The notes under the pieces were generated by a model that ran no database searches, was not told the DNA's origin, and worked only from the letters and a program-made list of their open reading frames with translations. A stretch of 41,880 bases of DNA from Candidatus Micrarchaeota archaeon (GTDB lineage: Archaea; Micrarchaeota; Micrarchaeia; Anstonellales; Bilamarchaeaceae), in NCBI GenBank assembly GCA_040758235.1, contig JBFLVW010000077.1, forward strand, positions 1-41,880. The letters run 5' to 3'. Shown one piece after another: positions 23,842 through 32,514 of this stretch (the first letter of the stretch is position 1; each line of letters opens with the position of its first letter). The position numbers and the translations under genes are program-made.

Positions 23842-23887
23842 TCTGAGACCTCCAAGAAAAGAACAATGGATGTTCTGGGGACGAAGC

Positions 23888-23893
23888 TTTAAA
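23888..23893. promoter_or_regulatory. TATA box between divergent SDR and membrane-protein genes
   Basis: TTTAAA; centre 25.5 nt from ATG 23916 (plus, leaderless) and 50 nt from ATG 23841 (minus, leader with GGAGGT). Confidence 0.45.
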
Positions 23894-23915
23894 TCATCGC
23901 TTGCCATCGATTGGC

Positions 23916-24545
23916 ATGGACGCGCAAGGCGCCGCGCTGCTGGTGTGGACGAGATTCGGGGAGCTCGCGCTTGCGCCGCTCCGGAACCAGGAAATGCTCT
24001 GGGCAGCACTGCCCCTTGCGATAGCCACCGTCTTCATCACCCTTTATTTCGCGAGGAACAAGGGCGAGGAGCTGGGCTGGAACACGGCATTCGGAAACAC
24101 GATGGCGTTCATCTTCGCGGCCATCAACCTCATCAGGGAGATGTCGCGTCAGGAGGGGAGCATCGGGAGCATCGCCTCGAACCCGCTCTATGCCGGGCTC
24201 AGCGTACTGCTCGCCGGGACTGGCGCGACCCTCATGCTCATCACGTACTTCCACCTGATGCCCCGGAGGGCCGCCTTCTTCCTTTTTTCCGCGATACCCA
24301 TCAACGTATCCGTGTATGTCGCGATGAGCATAGTGTATGGGGGCGTTCCGCCCGACATCGTTACCGCGGCGGCAGGCGCCCTGCTTCTTCTCGCGATTCT
24401 CGTTGCCGCGAAACTGGTCCAGGCACCCATATCCGCGCTCATAGGGTATGACGAAAGGCATGATGAGGTGGAGGAGCTTGCGGAGGAGGTCGAGGAGGAG
24501 ATTGAGCGGAGAAGGAGACGAAATGCTGTTCGTCCCAGAAGTTAG
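23916..24545 (+). CDS. Membrane protein with charged C-terminal tail, unknown function
   Basis: Several TM helices, C-terminal EEVEELAEEVEEEIERRRRR; start ATG 23916 set by TATA spacing (ORF track TTG 23901). Confidence 0.55.
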   Translation: MDAQGAALLVWTRFGELALAPLRNQEMLWAALPLAIATVFITLYFARNKGEELGWNTAFGNTMAFIFAAINLIREMSRQEGSIGSIASNPLYAGLSVLLAGTGATLMLITYFHLMPRRAAFFLFSAIPINVSVYVAMSIVYGGVPPDIVTAAAGALLLLAILVAAKLVQAPISALIGYDERHDEVEELAEEVEEEIERRRRRNAVRPRS

Positions 24546-25666
24546 GCTTTTGCAAGCTCCCCTGCCTTTTCCCCGAAACGCGCCAAAAAGCGTTCCCAAG
24601 TGAATTTCTCCTCGGCCTTCTTCCTGCCGGATTTTCCCATGCGCGCGCAGAGCTCCGGCTTCGCGGCGAGCAGCTCCATCTTCCGGGCCATCGCGTCGAC
24701 GCCATCGACCAAAAAGCCGTCCTTGCTGTCCGCTATCGTCTCGCGCGGCCCGCCTTCGTTCCTCGCGATGCAGGGCTTGGAGGACGAGAGCGCTTCGAGC
24801 GGCACAAGGCCGAAGTCCTCGTTCACCGGGGCGTAGAGGACGGCGTAGCACCTCGAATACAAATCGAGCAGGCGCTCCTCGCTGACGTCTGTCTCGATTG
24901 TGACCGAGCCATCGCACATGGCGCTGATTTTTTTGAAATAGGCGCGATGCTCCGGACGCGAGGAGAGCGAGCCGGCTATTACCAGCCTCCAGTCCCCGCC
25001 CGCCCTGCTCCTGAAGAGCCGGAATGCCTCGATTGCGTATTCGAGGTCCTTTTCGGGGGCGATGCGCGAGGGGTAGAGGAAGAAGTTCTCGTAGCCCCTG
25101 CATGAGAATTTCCCGACATCCACGCCCGGGGAGAGGACTTCCGACTCGCGGCCCAGGTATTTCTTTATCCGGCCCTGGCTGTTTTTGCTGTTCGTGAAGA
25201 TGTACTCTATTTTTGGGACCGTCTTGCGCTCGAAGAATTTGAAGGCCTGGATGGAAGCCCAGAAGAGCGGCTTCTGGAGCAGGGAGCGGCGCCTCATGCG
25301 CCACTCGTAGAGGTCGTATGCTTCCCTGTTTGGGCTGTGGGAGTACCACAGGACAGGGCTGTTCCTGTTACGCACCCATTCAGATGGCGTCCCGTGCGCG
25401 TTTATCACATCGTAGTCGTCGAGCTTCAGGTTGTAGAAATGGTTGCCCGCTTCGATTGCGGATGCGACCCTTCGCCCGAAAGGGAGCTTTCCGAGAATGG
25501 ACGGGCGGGCGATTTCTATGTCAATTTTCCGGAAATCCTCGAACGTCTTCTGGGGGTCGTAGCGCACGCAGTGGATTTTCGCGCGGAAGTGCCGGGCTAT
25601 CTTCAGCACCACGCGCTCCACCCCGCCCTTCGTTTCGAGGAAGGGCGTCGCCAGGACGAGCTTCAT
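24542..25666 (-). CDS. GT4-family (GT-B fold) glycosyltransferase
   Basis: MKLVLATPFLETKGGVERV start, C-terminal YAPVNEDFGLVPLEALSSSKPCIARNEGGPRE (EX7E-type region); ATG 25666 is 26.5 nt from its TATA box. Confidence 0.85.
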   Translation of the reverse strand: MKLVLATPFLETKGGVERVVLKIARHFRAKIHCVRYDPQKTFEDFRKIDIEIARPSILGKLPFGRRVASAIEAGNHFYNLKLDDYDVINAHGTPSEWVRNRNSPVLWYSHSPNREAYDLYEWRMRRRSLLQKPLFWASIQAFKFFERKTVPKIEYIFTNSKNSQGRIKKYLGRESEVLSPGVDVGKFSCRGYENFFLYPSRIAPEKDLEYAIEAFRLFRSRAGGDWRLVIAGSLSSRPEHRAYFKKISAMCDGSVTIETDVSEERLLDLYSRCYAVLYAPVNEDFGLVPLEALSSSKPCIARNEGGPRETIADSKDGFLVDGVDAMARKMELLAAKPELCARMGKSGRKKAEEKFTWERFLARFGEKAGELAKA

Positions 25667-25688
25667 GAATTCTGATGGGGGAGTACGC

Positions 25689-25696
25689 TTTTTATT
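25689..25696 (-). promoter_or_regulatory. TATA-like box for GT4 gene
   Basis: AATAAAAA on the minus strand; centre 26.5 nt from ATG 25666. Confidence 0.45.
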
Positions 25697-25720
25697 GCCG
25701 GAGGGCGGCACCCGCCTCCG

Positions 25721-26752
25721 TCAGAGCCTCGAGGCGACGGACCGGAATTTTTCTTTGAAGTCCGCGACCCGGGACTTCCTGTCGAACGGCCGCGCCGCCG
25801 CGCGGAAGCGGCCGGAAAGCGCGCGTTTTTTGCCCTCAGGAAGCGACAGGAAGCGCGAGATTTGCTCTGCCCCGGCATCGAGGCCTTCGCCGAGAACGAA
25901 TTCCTTCCCGACGCTTTCCGCCACCTCCCTCGTGCCGGTCGTCTGCGATACGAATGTGGGGAGGCCGGCAAGCATCGACTCCAGCGTTGACACCGGAAAC
26001 GTATCGAAGCGCCCCGGATGAACGCAGAGCGATGCCCCGGCAATCGCCCGGCAGTAGCCGGCGGCGTCCGGGAAATGTGATACCGACACGCGCCCGCGGT
26101 TCTTCAGGCCGCGAAGAAGCCGGCTGTCGAGTTTCCTTGTTATGATATTGAGCCGAAGGGAGTCATGCGAACCGCACAGCCTGTCGAACGTCGCGAGCAG
26201 AAGGTCGTGGCCCTTATATTCGGGCGGATACCCCACGGATACTATCGTGTCCGCCCCAGGGTCGTAGAGACTGCGCTCAAGCATAGGATATTTGTCGTCG
26301 TCCACGAACGGGTATGCGACCTCGCATGGCTTCGATATCCCGTGCTTCTCCAAAAAGTCCCTGCACATGCGCGAGACGGCGATGAACCCGTCAACCTCCC
26401 CCAGGAGGCTCTTCATCAGGGAACGCGTGAGCGGGTCGTAGGCCCCGCTCAGCGTGCGGAAAATCTTGGGCGAAGCGAAAAGCTCCACGACCTTCAGGTC
26501 TTTCCGGAAAAGCCGCTTGAACAGGGCAGGATATTCGTAGACTGACTCGCTGAGCGCTATGTCCGCATGCCCAAGCTCCTTTGCGCGGAAACGGGCTGCG
26601 AGATGGATGCCGCGCCTGAGGGGGTAGAGCTGGGTGCCTGGAGCTGGCGCACCGAGCGTCGTGAGGCTTTCGCATACCGAGGAAAAGAAGGCCGTATGCA
26701 CCGGGTTCGGGGGGATGCCCGCGAGAAGGCCCGCGACCCTCAACCCTGCCAT
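25721..26752 (-). CDS. GT4-like (GT-B fold) glycosyltransferase with atypical N-terminal half
   Basis: C-terminal HPGRFDTFPVSTLESMLAGLPTFVSQTTGTREV resembles the GT1/GT4 nucleotide-sugar-binding region. ATG 26752 (or TTG 26761) overlaps the upstream SDR by 13-22 nt. Confidence 0.65.
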   Translation of the reverse strand: MAGLRVAGLLAGIPPNPVHTAFFSSVCESLTTLGAPAPGTQLYPLRRGIHLAARFRAKELGHADIALSESVYEYPALFKRLFRKDLKVVELFASPKIFRTLSGAYDPLTRSLMKSLLGEVDGFIAVSRMCRDFLEKHGISKPCEVAYPFVDDDKYPMLERSLYDPGADTIVSVGYPPEYKGHDLLLATFDRLCGSHDSLRLNIITRKLDSRLLRGLKNRGRVSVSHFPDAAGYCRAIAGASLCVHPGRFDTFPVSTLESMLAGLPTFVSQTTGTREVAESVGKEFVLGEGLDAGAEQISRFLSLPEGKKRALSGRFRAAARPFDRKSRVADFKEKFRSVASRL

Positions 26753-27642
26753 TCCAGACAACTCCGTATCCCTTCAGGCAGGCTTGTTTTCTCCGACCAT
26801 CCGAGCGTTCGCATCTTTCCGGTATCAAGAAGCATGAGTTTCACGTCGCCCGGCCATCCCCGTTCGGAACCGGTGTAGCTGATCACAGGCTGCACGCCAA
26901 GCTCCCGGCACATCATCAGCGCTATTTCGCTGACCTTGGTCTTTGAGCCGCTTCCCACATTGAAGACGTCGTATTGAAGCTCCTGCCCCCGCCACGCCGT
27001 CAGCATGGCGGAAACGCAGTCCGAGACATGGAGGTACGACTTGTCTTGGTTCCCGTCGCCGAGAATCTCGAGCCTCCCCGGGTCTGCCATGAGCTTCCGG
27101 CGGAAATCCGGTATCACGCCATGAAGCGCCCGGGGGCCGATTATATTCGCGAGCCGCAAAGAGGTGCCCTTCATCCCGTATGTGTGCGAGAATGCCGAAA
27201 TCCACGACTCGCAGGAAGCCTTGCTCGCCCCGTAATTGCTGATGGGGGCGCACCGGTGGGACTCGGGCGTGGGGATCAGGTCCGCATCCCCGTACACTGC
27301 CGAAGTCGAGGCGAACACGAAATGCCGGACGCCCGCCTCCAGGCAGGAGCGCAGCAGCGCGAAAGTCCCGGCGACGTTGAGGTCGAATGTCCTCCCCGGC
27401 TCGTCAGAACTCGCGCGCACGTTGGCCTCGGCGGCCATATGGAAAACGGTATCGGCGCCCTTGAGATGCCCGGCCAGGTCGCTCCGGATGTCGCCCTTGA
27501 GGAAAATCGCCCGCTTGTCCACATTTTCCATCTTTCCGGACGACAGGTCGTCTATCACCAGTACCTCGTGGCCCTCTTTGAGAAGGGCATCGGTAAGATG
27601 GGAGCCGATGAACCCGGCCCCGCCGGTAACGACTAAGCGCAT
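26740..27642 (-). CDS. Extended SDR, NAD-dependent nucleotide-sugar epimerase/dehydratase family
   Basis: MRLVVTGGAGFIGSHL, ASTSAVYGD, YGASK (YxxxK); 300 aa. Confidence 0.85.
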   Translation of the reverse strand: MRLVVTGGAGFIGSHLTDALLKEGHEVLVIDDLSSGKMENVDKRAIFLKGDIRSDLAGHLKGADTVFHMAAEANVRASSDEPGRTFDLNVAGTFALLRSCLEAGVRHFVFASTSAVYGDADLIPTPESHRCAPISNYGASKASCESWISAFSHTYGMKGTSLRLANIIGPRALHGVIPDFRRKLMADPGRLEILGDGNQDKSYLHVSDCVSAMLTAWRGQELQYDVFNVGSGSKTKVSEIALMMCRELGVQPVISYTGSERGWPGDVKLMLLDTGKMRTLGWSEKTSLPEGIRSCLEWQG

Positions 27643-27662
27643 GTGCCTATTTCCCTCGCTGG

Positions 27663-27673
27663 ATTAAAAATTT
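27663..27673 (-). promoter_or_regulatory. TATA-like box for SDR/GT4 pair
   Basis: AAATTTTTAAT on the minus strand; centre 26 nt from ATG 27642. Confidence 0.45.
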
Positions 27674-27682
27674 GTTGCATTT

Positions 27683-28660
27683 TCAGACGGTGGAGCCGGA
27701 TTGCCCGGTCCCGATGGCGGGAACCTTCGGCGACCCCGCGAGCCTCACGCCGCTGACTATGGCCGATGAGACCGCAAGGACGCGGGCGGGAAGCGAGAGC
27801 ATGTCCCCAGGCGAAAGATGGGCCGAAAAGTTCCCTTTCCCGAGCGCCCTGCGCCTGTCCGAGCGCCTGAAAACCAGGCGGGCATATATCCTTGCCGCCA
27901 TGAGTATCCTCTGGTGCAGAGGCGCATACCTCGAGTAGAATATCATCGCGTTGCGCGCTAGCAGGGAATCCGTCCGGATGTCCAGTTTCATGGAGCCTCC
28001 TTCGAGGTGATGCAGCGAGGCAGTCCCGGCGTAAAGCACCTTGTAGCCCGCTTTTCGGGCGCGCATGCAGAGGTCCAGGTCCTCGTAGCCGTAGGGCGAG
28101 AAGACCTCGTCCAGGGCGCCGACGCCTTCGATGAGCCGGCGGCTTATGAGGACGGCCGCGAAAGAGACCGCCTGCACCTCTTCCACGGCAGAGTAGTTGC
28201 CGGCCCCCTCCCCCTTCCCCCGCAGACGGTCGGGCCAGAAAAGCTCCCCGGCATGCTGGATGGTGTTGTCCGGATAGAGGAGTTTGCATCCCACGATGCC
28301 GACCCGGGGCTCGCTCTCCGCGCACCGGACCATCTCTGAAAGCCACCCCGGCTCGATGACTTCCAGGTCGTTGTTGAGCAGAAGGACGTAGTCCGGGCGG
28401 TATTTTTTGAGCGCGTGCCCGATGCCGACATTGTTGCCGCCGGAGAAACCGATGTTCTTATCGAGTGGGAACAGCTCCACCGATGGATGGGTTTTTTTGA
28501 AACCGGCCATCGAGCCGTCCGTGCTTCCGTTGTCGATGACGATGAGCCTGTAATTGGAGTAGTCGGTCTTGGGGAACGACTCCAAAAGCCTGTCCAGCAG
28601 CTTCCGGCCGTTGTAGTTGATGATGAGGACGCACACCAGCGGCTGGGGCGGCTTTTCCAT
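27683..28660 (-). CDS. Family-2 glycosyltransferase (rhamnosyltransferase-like, soluble)
   Basis: VCVLIINYNGRKLL, LIVIDNGSTDGS, LLLNNDLEV; 325 aa. Confidence 0.85.
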   Translation of the reverse strand: MEKPPQPLVCVLIINYNGRKLLDRLLESFPKTDYSNYRLIVIDNGSTDGSMAGFKKTHPSVELFPLDKNIGFSGGNNVGIGHALKKYRPDYVLLLNNDLEVIEPGWLSEMVRCAESEPRVGIVGCKLLYPDNTIQHAGELFWPDRLRGKGEGAGNYSAVEEVQAVSFAAVLISRRLIEGVGALDEVFSPYGYEDLDLCMRARKAGYKVLYAGTASLHHLEGGSMKLDIRTDSLLARNAMIFYSRYAPLHQRILMAARIYARLVFRRSDRRRALGKGNFSAHLSPGDMLSLPARVLAVSSAIVSGVRLAGSPKVPAIGTGQSGSTV

Positions 28661-28682
28661 AAGGCGGATATCCCGATGGCGC

Positions 28683-28691
28683 TATTTAAAC
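28683..28691. promoter_or_regulatory. Shared TATA box for divergent GT2 and rmlD genes
   Basis: TATTTAAAC in the 53-bp spacer; centre 27.5 nt from ATG 28660 (minus) and 26.5 nt from ATG 28714 (plus). Confidence 0.55.
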
Positions 28692-28713
28692 ATTTGCCGG
28701 GAAAAGCCATCCG

Positions 28714-29571
28714 ATGAGGATAGTCCTGCTCGGAGCGGGAGGCCTGCTTGGCAGGTATGCGATGGAGGCGCTCAGCGGCCACGAAATCGTCCCAGTTTCA
28801 CGGAACCCCCCTGCAGGAGGGAGGGCCCTCGACGCGGCGGATATCGCGGGGCTGGACCGGCTGCTTTCCGAAGCGAAGCCCCAGAAAGTAATCAACTGCG
28901 TCAAGAACAGCTATTCCACCGACCAGGCGGAAAAGATGAGGGAGGAGACCTGGCGCTCCAATGTTACGGTCGCGGACAATGTCGCAAAGCTCCGGGAAAG
29001 GCACGGCTACTCGATAGTCCACATCAGCACGGACTGGGTGTACGAGGGGGCGGACGGGCAGGTTTATTCGGAGCAGTCGCTCCCGTATCCCCAAAACTTC
29101 TACGCATACACGAAGGCGGTCGCTGAGGAGAGGATAATTTCGCGCACGGATGATTACCTCATACTGAGGCCGACGGGCATCTTCGGGCTTGATTCGCGGG
29201 GCGGGAATTTCTTCATGCGCACTCGGAGCGCGCTTGCGGCGGGGGCCCGGCTTGATGCTCCCTCCGACCAGTTCTCCCAGCCCATTTTCGCAGGGGAGCT
29301 CGCCCGCATCATGGCCCGGGCAATTTCGAAAAACGCGCGGGGGGTATATAATGCCGTAAGCAGGGAGTGCCTATCGCGCTATGAGCTCGCCCTGAGATTC
29401 TGCGATGTTTTCGGATGGGACAAAAATCTCGTCCGCCCGGTTACGAGCGGGGCGAGGGCGATGCGGATACCGAAATCATTGAGGCTGGATATATCGAAGC
29501 TTGAGCGGGACGTGTGCGAGGTAAGGCCGCTGGAGAAGCAGCTGCTTTCCCTGAAGGAGGAGTGCGGATGA
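28714..29571 (+). CDS. rfbD: dTDP-4-dehydrorhamnose reductase-like (RmlD family)
   Basis: MRIVLLGAGGLLG, HISTDWVYEG, NFYAYTKAVAE (YxxxK); 285 aa. Confidence 0.8.
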   Translation: MRIVLLGAGGLLGRYAMEALSGHEIVPVSRNPPAGGRALDAADIAGLDRLLSEAKPQKVINCVKNSYSTDQAEKMREETWRSNVTVADNVAKLRERHGYSIVHISTDWVYEGADGQVYSEQSLPYPQNFYAYTKAVAEERIISRTDDYLILRPTGIFGLDSRGGNFFMRTRSALAAGARLDAPSDQFSQPIFAGELARIMARAISKNARGVYNAVSRECLSRYELALRFCDVFGWDKNLVRPVTSGARAMRIPKSLRLDISKLERDVCEVRPLEKQLLSLKEECG

Positions 29572-30122
29572 GCAGGGAGCTGGAAGCTGAGGACCTTCCC
29601 GTCGCTGGAGCGTTCATAATCAGGCCCAAGGAGTTCTACGACGAGCGGGGAGCGTTCAACAAGCTGTATACGCGCGAGCTGCTGGAATCGAAGGGAGCGG
29701 GATGCGGCTTCATGGAGGAATACCTTTCGGTGTCGAAGAAAGGAGTCCTGCGCGGGCTCCATTACCAGACCGGAAGATACGCGCAGGCCAAGCTCGTGCG
29801 CTGCGTCAGGGGAAAAATACTGGATGCTTTCGTGGACATGTCGGCAAGGTCCCCCACGTTCGGGAAATCCTTCACGGTCGAATTGAGCGCGGAGAACAGG
29901 CTGGGGCTTTATGTCCCGCGGACATGCGCGCACGGGTTCCTCGCGCTCGAAGAGGGTGCCGAGGTGTTATACAAATCCGACAACGACTATCACCCGGAGC
30001 ACGAGGCCGGCCTCAGGTGGGACGACCCGAAGATAGGGATTGCATGGCCGAAAATGAGCTATATTATTTCCGAAAAAGACAGGAAGTGGCCGCCGTTCGA
30101 TGATGCGCCGAAATTCGATTAG
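29568..30122 (+). CDS. rfbC: dTDP-4-dehydrorhamnose 3,5-epimerase-like cupin (RmlC family)
   Basis: DERGAFNKLY, VLRGLHYQ, AKLVRCVRGKILDAFVDM, SPTFGK, AHGFLALEEGAEVLYK; ATGA overlap with rfbD. ORF-track start 29514 is over-extended. Confidence 0.85.
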   Translation: MSRELEAEDLPVAGAFIIRPKEFYDERGAFNKLYTRELLESKGAGCGFMEEYLSVSKKGVLRGLHYQTGRYAQAKLVRCVRGKILDAFVDMSARSPTFGKSFTVELSAENRLGLYVPRTCAHGFLALEEGAEVLYKSDNDYHPEHEAGLRWDDPKIGIAWPKMSYIISEKDRKWPPFDDAPKFD

Positions 30123-31471
30123 CCCTTCCAACCGATTCCGGCGTATTTGAGCCGGGAGCGGTATTCTGCGCCGTAAATCCTGCGGCAGTCGAAGAGAATG
30201 GGCTCTTTCATCAGCGAGAGGAACTCGTCTGGGGATATTGAGGAGAACTGCTTCCACTTCGTGACAAGGACAGCCGCGTCCGCATTCCTGAGAGCATCGC
30301 GCGGCTCCGGGAAATAGCCGATGCGCTCCCCGAAAACGCGCTTCGTGTTCGGAAGGGCCTGCGGGTCGCTCGCCCTCACATTCGCGCCTTCGCTGAGAAG
30401 CAGCCCGATTATCGCGAGCGCGGGCGATTCGCGTATGTCGTCCGTGTCGGGCTTGAAGGCGGTCCCGAGCACAGCGACCTCCTTTCCGGCGAGGCCCCCC
30501 ATTTCCGACTTGAGCCGTCTCATCACATTGGACGGCCGTTCCCTGTTTATGCCGGCGACCGCCTCGAGTAGCGGAGGCGTATGGCCGCGCCCCCGCGAGA
30601 AGCTGATGATGGCCGATACGTCCTTGGGGAAGCAGCTCCCCCCGTATCCGCAGCCTGCCCGTAGGTAGCCCGTGATTTGCGGGTCCGTCGGCGAACCGTC
30701 GGGGCGTCGCGGGTTGATGCGGGAATCAAGGGTGACCGCCTTCAGAACTTCGTCCGCATCCACGCCGCCGGCGCTCTCGCAGATGTCCCCGATTTCATTC
30801 GAAAAAGATATGAGCGTCGCAAGGAGCGAGTTGTTCGCGTATTTTATCATCTCGGCGGTACGGGTATTGACATGCACGAGCCTGCCTCCAAAGCGCCCCT
30901 CATAAACGGCGCTTGCCGCCTCCCTGCTCAGGTCGTCCTCCGCGCCAATCACTATGCGGTCCGGCTCCATGGAATCGGCGACGGCGCTCCCTTCCCTCAG
31001 GAATTCGGGGTTCGAGCACGCGCCGAATTCCTCCGGAAACTTCTTCCCGCTCGCTTCCGAAACGCCCTTCACCACCACGTCCATGCAGGTCCCGGGGACG
31101 ACCGTGCTTTTCACGACAACGACGTGCCGTTCCTTTTTGTCCCTTATCGCGGCGCCTATGCCGCGGCTCGCCTCCGCAATCTGGGACAGGTCGATGCTGC
31201 CGTCTTCCTTCATCGGTGTCCCGACGCAGATGAACGAGATTTCGGTATCTCGGACCGCGTCCGCAATGCTGGCCGTCGCACGCAGCTTCTTGCCGGCATT
31301 TTTCAGAAGAAGCTCCGCAAGGCCCGGCTCGTGTATCGTAGGGATGCCGCGATTGATGCTGTCCACAACATCCCGCCTGATGTCAACGCAGACGACATCG
31401 TGTCCCTTCTCCGCGAAGCAGGCCCCGCTGACGAGGCCCACGTATCCCGTTCCTATGACGCTGATTCTCAT
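30119..31471 (-). CDS. ugd: UDP-glucose 6-dehydrogenase (nucleotide-sugar dehydrogenase family)
   Basis: MRISVIGTGYVGLVSGACFAEKGHDV, catalytic GYGGSCFPKD, C-terminal UDP-binding domain; ATGA overlap with the upstream stop supports ATG 31471. Confidence 0.85.
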   Translation of the reverse strand: MRISVIGTGYVGLVSGACFAEKGHDVVCVDIRRDVVDSINRGIPTIHEPGLAELLLKNAGKKLRATASIADAVRDTEISFICVGTPMKEDGSIDLSQIAEASRGIGAAIRDKKERHVVVVKSTVVPGTCMDVVVKGVSEASGKKFPEEFGACSNPEFLREGSAVADSMEPDRIVIGAEDDLSREAASAVYEGRFGGRLVHVNTRTAEMIKYANNSLLATLISFSNEIGDICESAGGVDADEVLKAVTLDSRINPRRPDGSPTDPQITGYLRAGCGYGGSCFPKDVSAIISFSRGRGHTPPLLEAVAGINRERPSNVMRRLKSEMGGLAGKEVAVLGTAFKPDTDDIRESPALAIIGLLLSEGANVRASDPQALPNTKRVFGERIGYFPEPRDALRNADAAVLVTKWKQFSSISPDEFLSLMKEPILFDCRRIYGAEYRSRLKYAGIGWKG

Positions 31472-32514
31472 CTGTTCCTCTCGTACCATTTTTTCGTCCG
31501 TGCAAGCCCCTCGTCGAGGGCGACCTTAGGCGAATAGCCGAGCTCCGACCGGATCTTGGCAAGGTCGGGGCACCTCCTCATGGGATTGTCGGTCAGGTAT
31601 TCCTTGTCTTCGCTTTTTTTGAACGTCACGCCCCGGCCGAAGAGGCCGGAGATTTTTCGCGCGAGGTCCAGCATCGAGATTTCCTCGTCGTTGCCGACAT
31701 TGTACGCTTCGCCGTTCCGCCCCCGCAGGAGCACCCTCAGGAAGCCGTCCGCGGCATCCGAGAGGTAGCAGAAGCTGCGTGTCGGCCTGCCGTCCGAAAG
31801 CAGGGCTATGTCCTCGCCCCGGAAGCCGTTCGAGAAGAAATCCGGTATGACGCGCTTGTCGTCCAGCCTCAGGCCCGGCCCGTACACGTTGAACGGCCGC
31901 ACGGACTTCACCGGCACGCCGTGCGCGCGGTGGAAATTGACGCACAGCGTTTCCCCGAACCGCTTGGATTCGTCGTAGCAGGCGCGGGGGCCGGTGCATG
32001 AGACGTAGCCCCTGTAAGTCTCAGGCGTCGGCACCATCCCCGTCGGGGGGTCCCCGTAGATTTCCGATGTCGAGAAGAACACCATGCTCTTAATCGGGTG
32101 CCTTCTTGCAAGCTCGAGGAGGTTCCTCGTCCCGTTCACGTTCGCGTCCATCGTTTCGATGGGGTGCAGGCGGTAGAATGTCGGGGAGGCTATCGATGCG
32201 CAATGCAGTATGTAGTCGGGTTTCAGCCATCCGGGGAGGGGTTCGGTGATGCTCCCTTTCACCAGCTTCACATGTTTCTGCCCTTCGAGGTGCGCAATGC
32301 GCTTCGGGGTCCCGCTGATGAAGGAATCGAGGCAGATTATTTCGCACGGCCTTGAGAAGTTTTCGTTGAGCTGGTGGAGCACGTCCAGGAAAAAGGCGCC
32401 AAGGAATCCCGCCCCGCCGGTCACGAGCACGCTTTTTCCCTCAAGCCCGGAAAGCATCCCGCCGCCCGCCCGTATCACGCGGGCCGCATCCTCCTCGACA
32501 ACCGGGTCGGTCAT
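31468..32514 (-). CDS. UDP-glucuronate decarboxylase-like extended SDR (UXS/ArnA-C-terminal type)
   Basis: VLVTGGAGFLG, STSEIYGDP, CYDESKRFGE (YxxxK), FNVYGPG, RSFCYLSD; ATG 32514 forms an ATGA overlap with the rfbF stop (ORF-track start 32550). Confidence 0.8.
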   Translation of the reverse strand: MTDPVVEEDAARVIRAGGGMLSGLEGKSVLVTGGAGFLGAFFLDVLHQLNENFSRPCEIICLDSFISGTPKRIAHLEGQKHVKLVKGSITEPLPGWLKPDYILHCASIASPTFYRLHPIETMDANVNGTRNLLELARRHPIKSMVFFSTSEIYGDPPTGMVPTPETYRGYVSCTGPRACYDESKRFGETLCVNFHRAHGVPVKSVRPFNVYGPGLRLDDKRVIPDFFSNGFRGEDIALLSDGRPTRSFCYLSDAADGFLRVLLRGRNGEAYNVGNDEEISMLDLARKISGLFGRGVTFKKSEDKEYLTDNPMRRCPDLAKIRSELGYSPKVALDEGLARTKKWYERNR

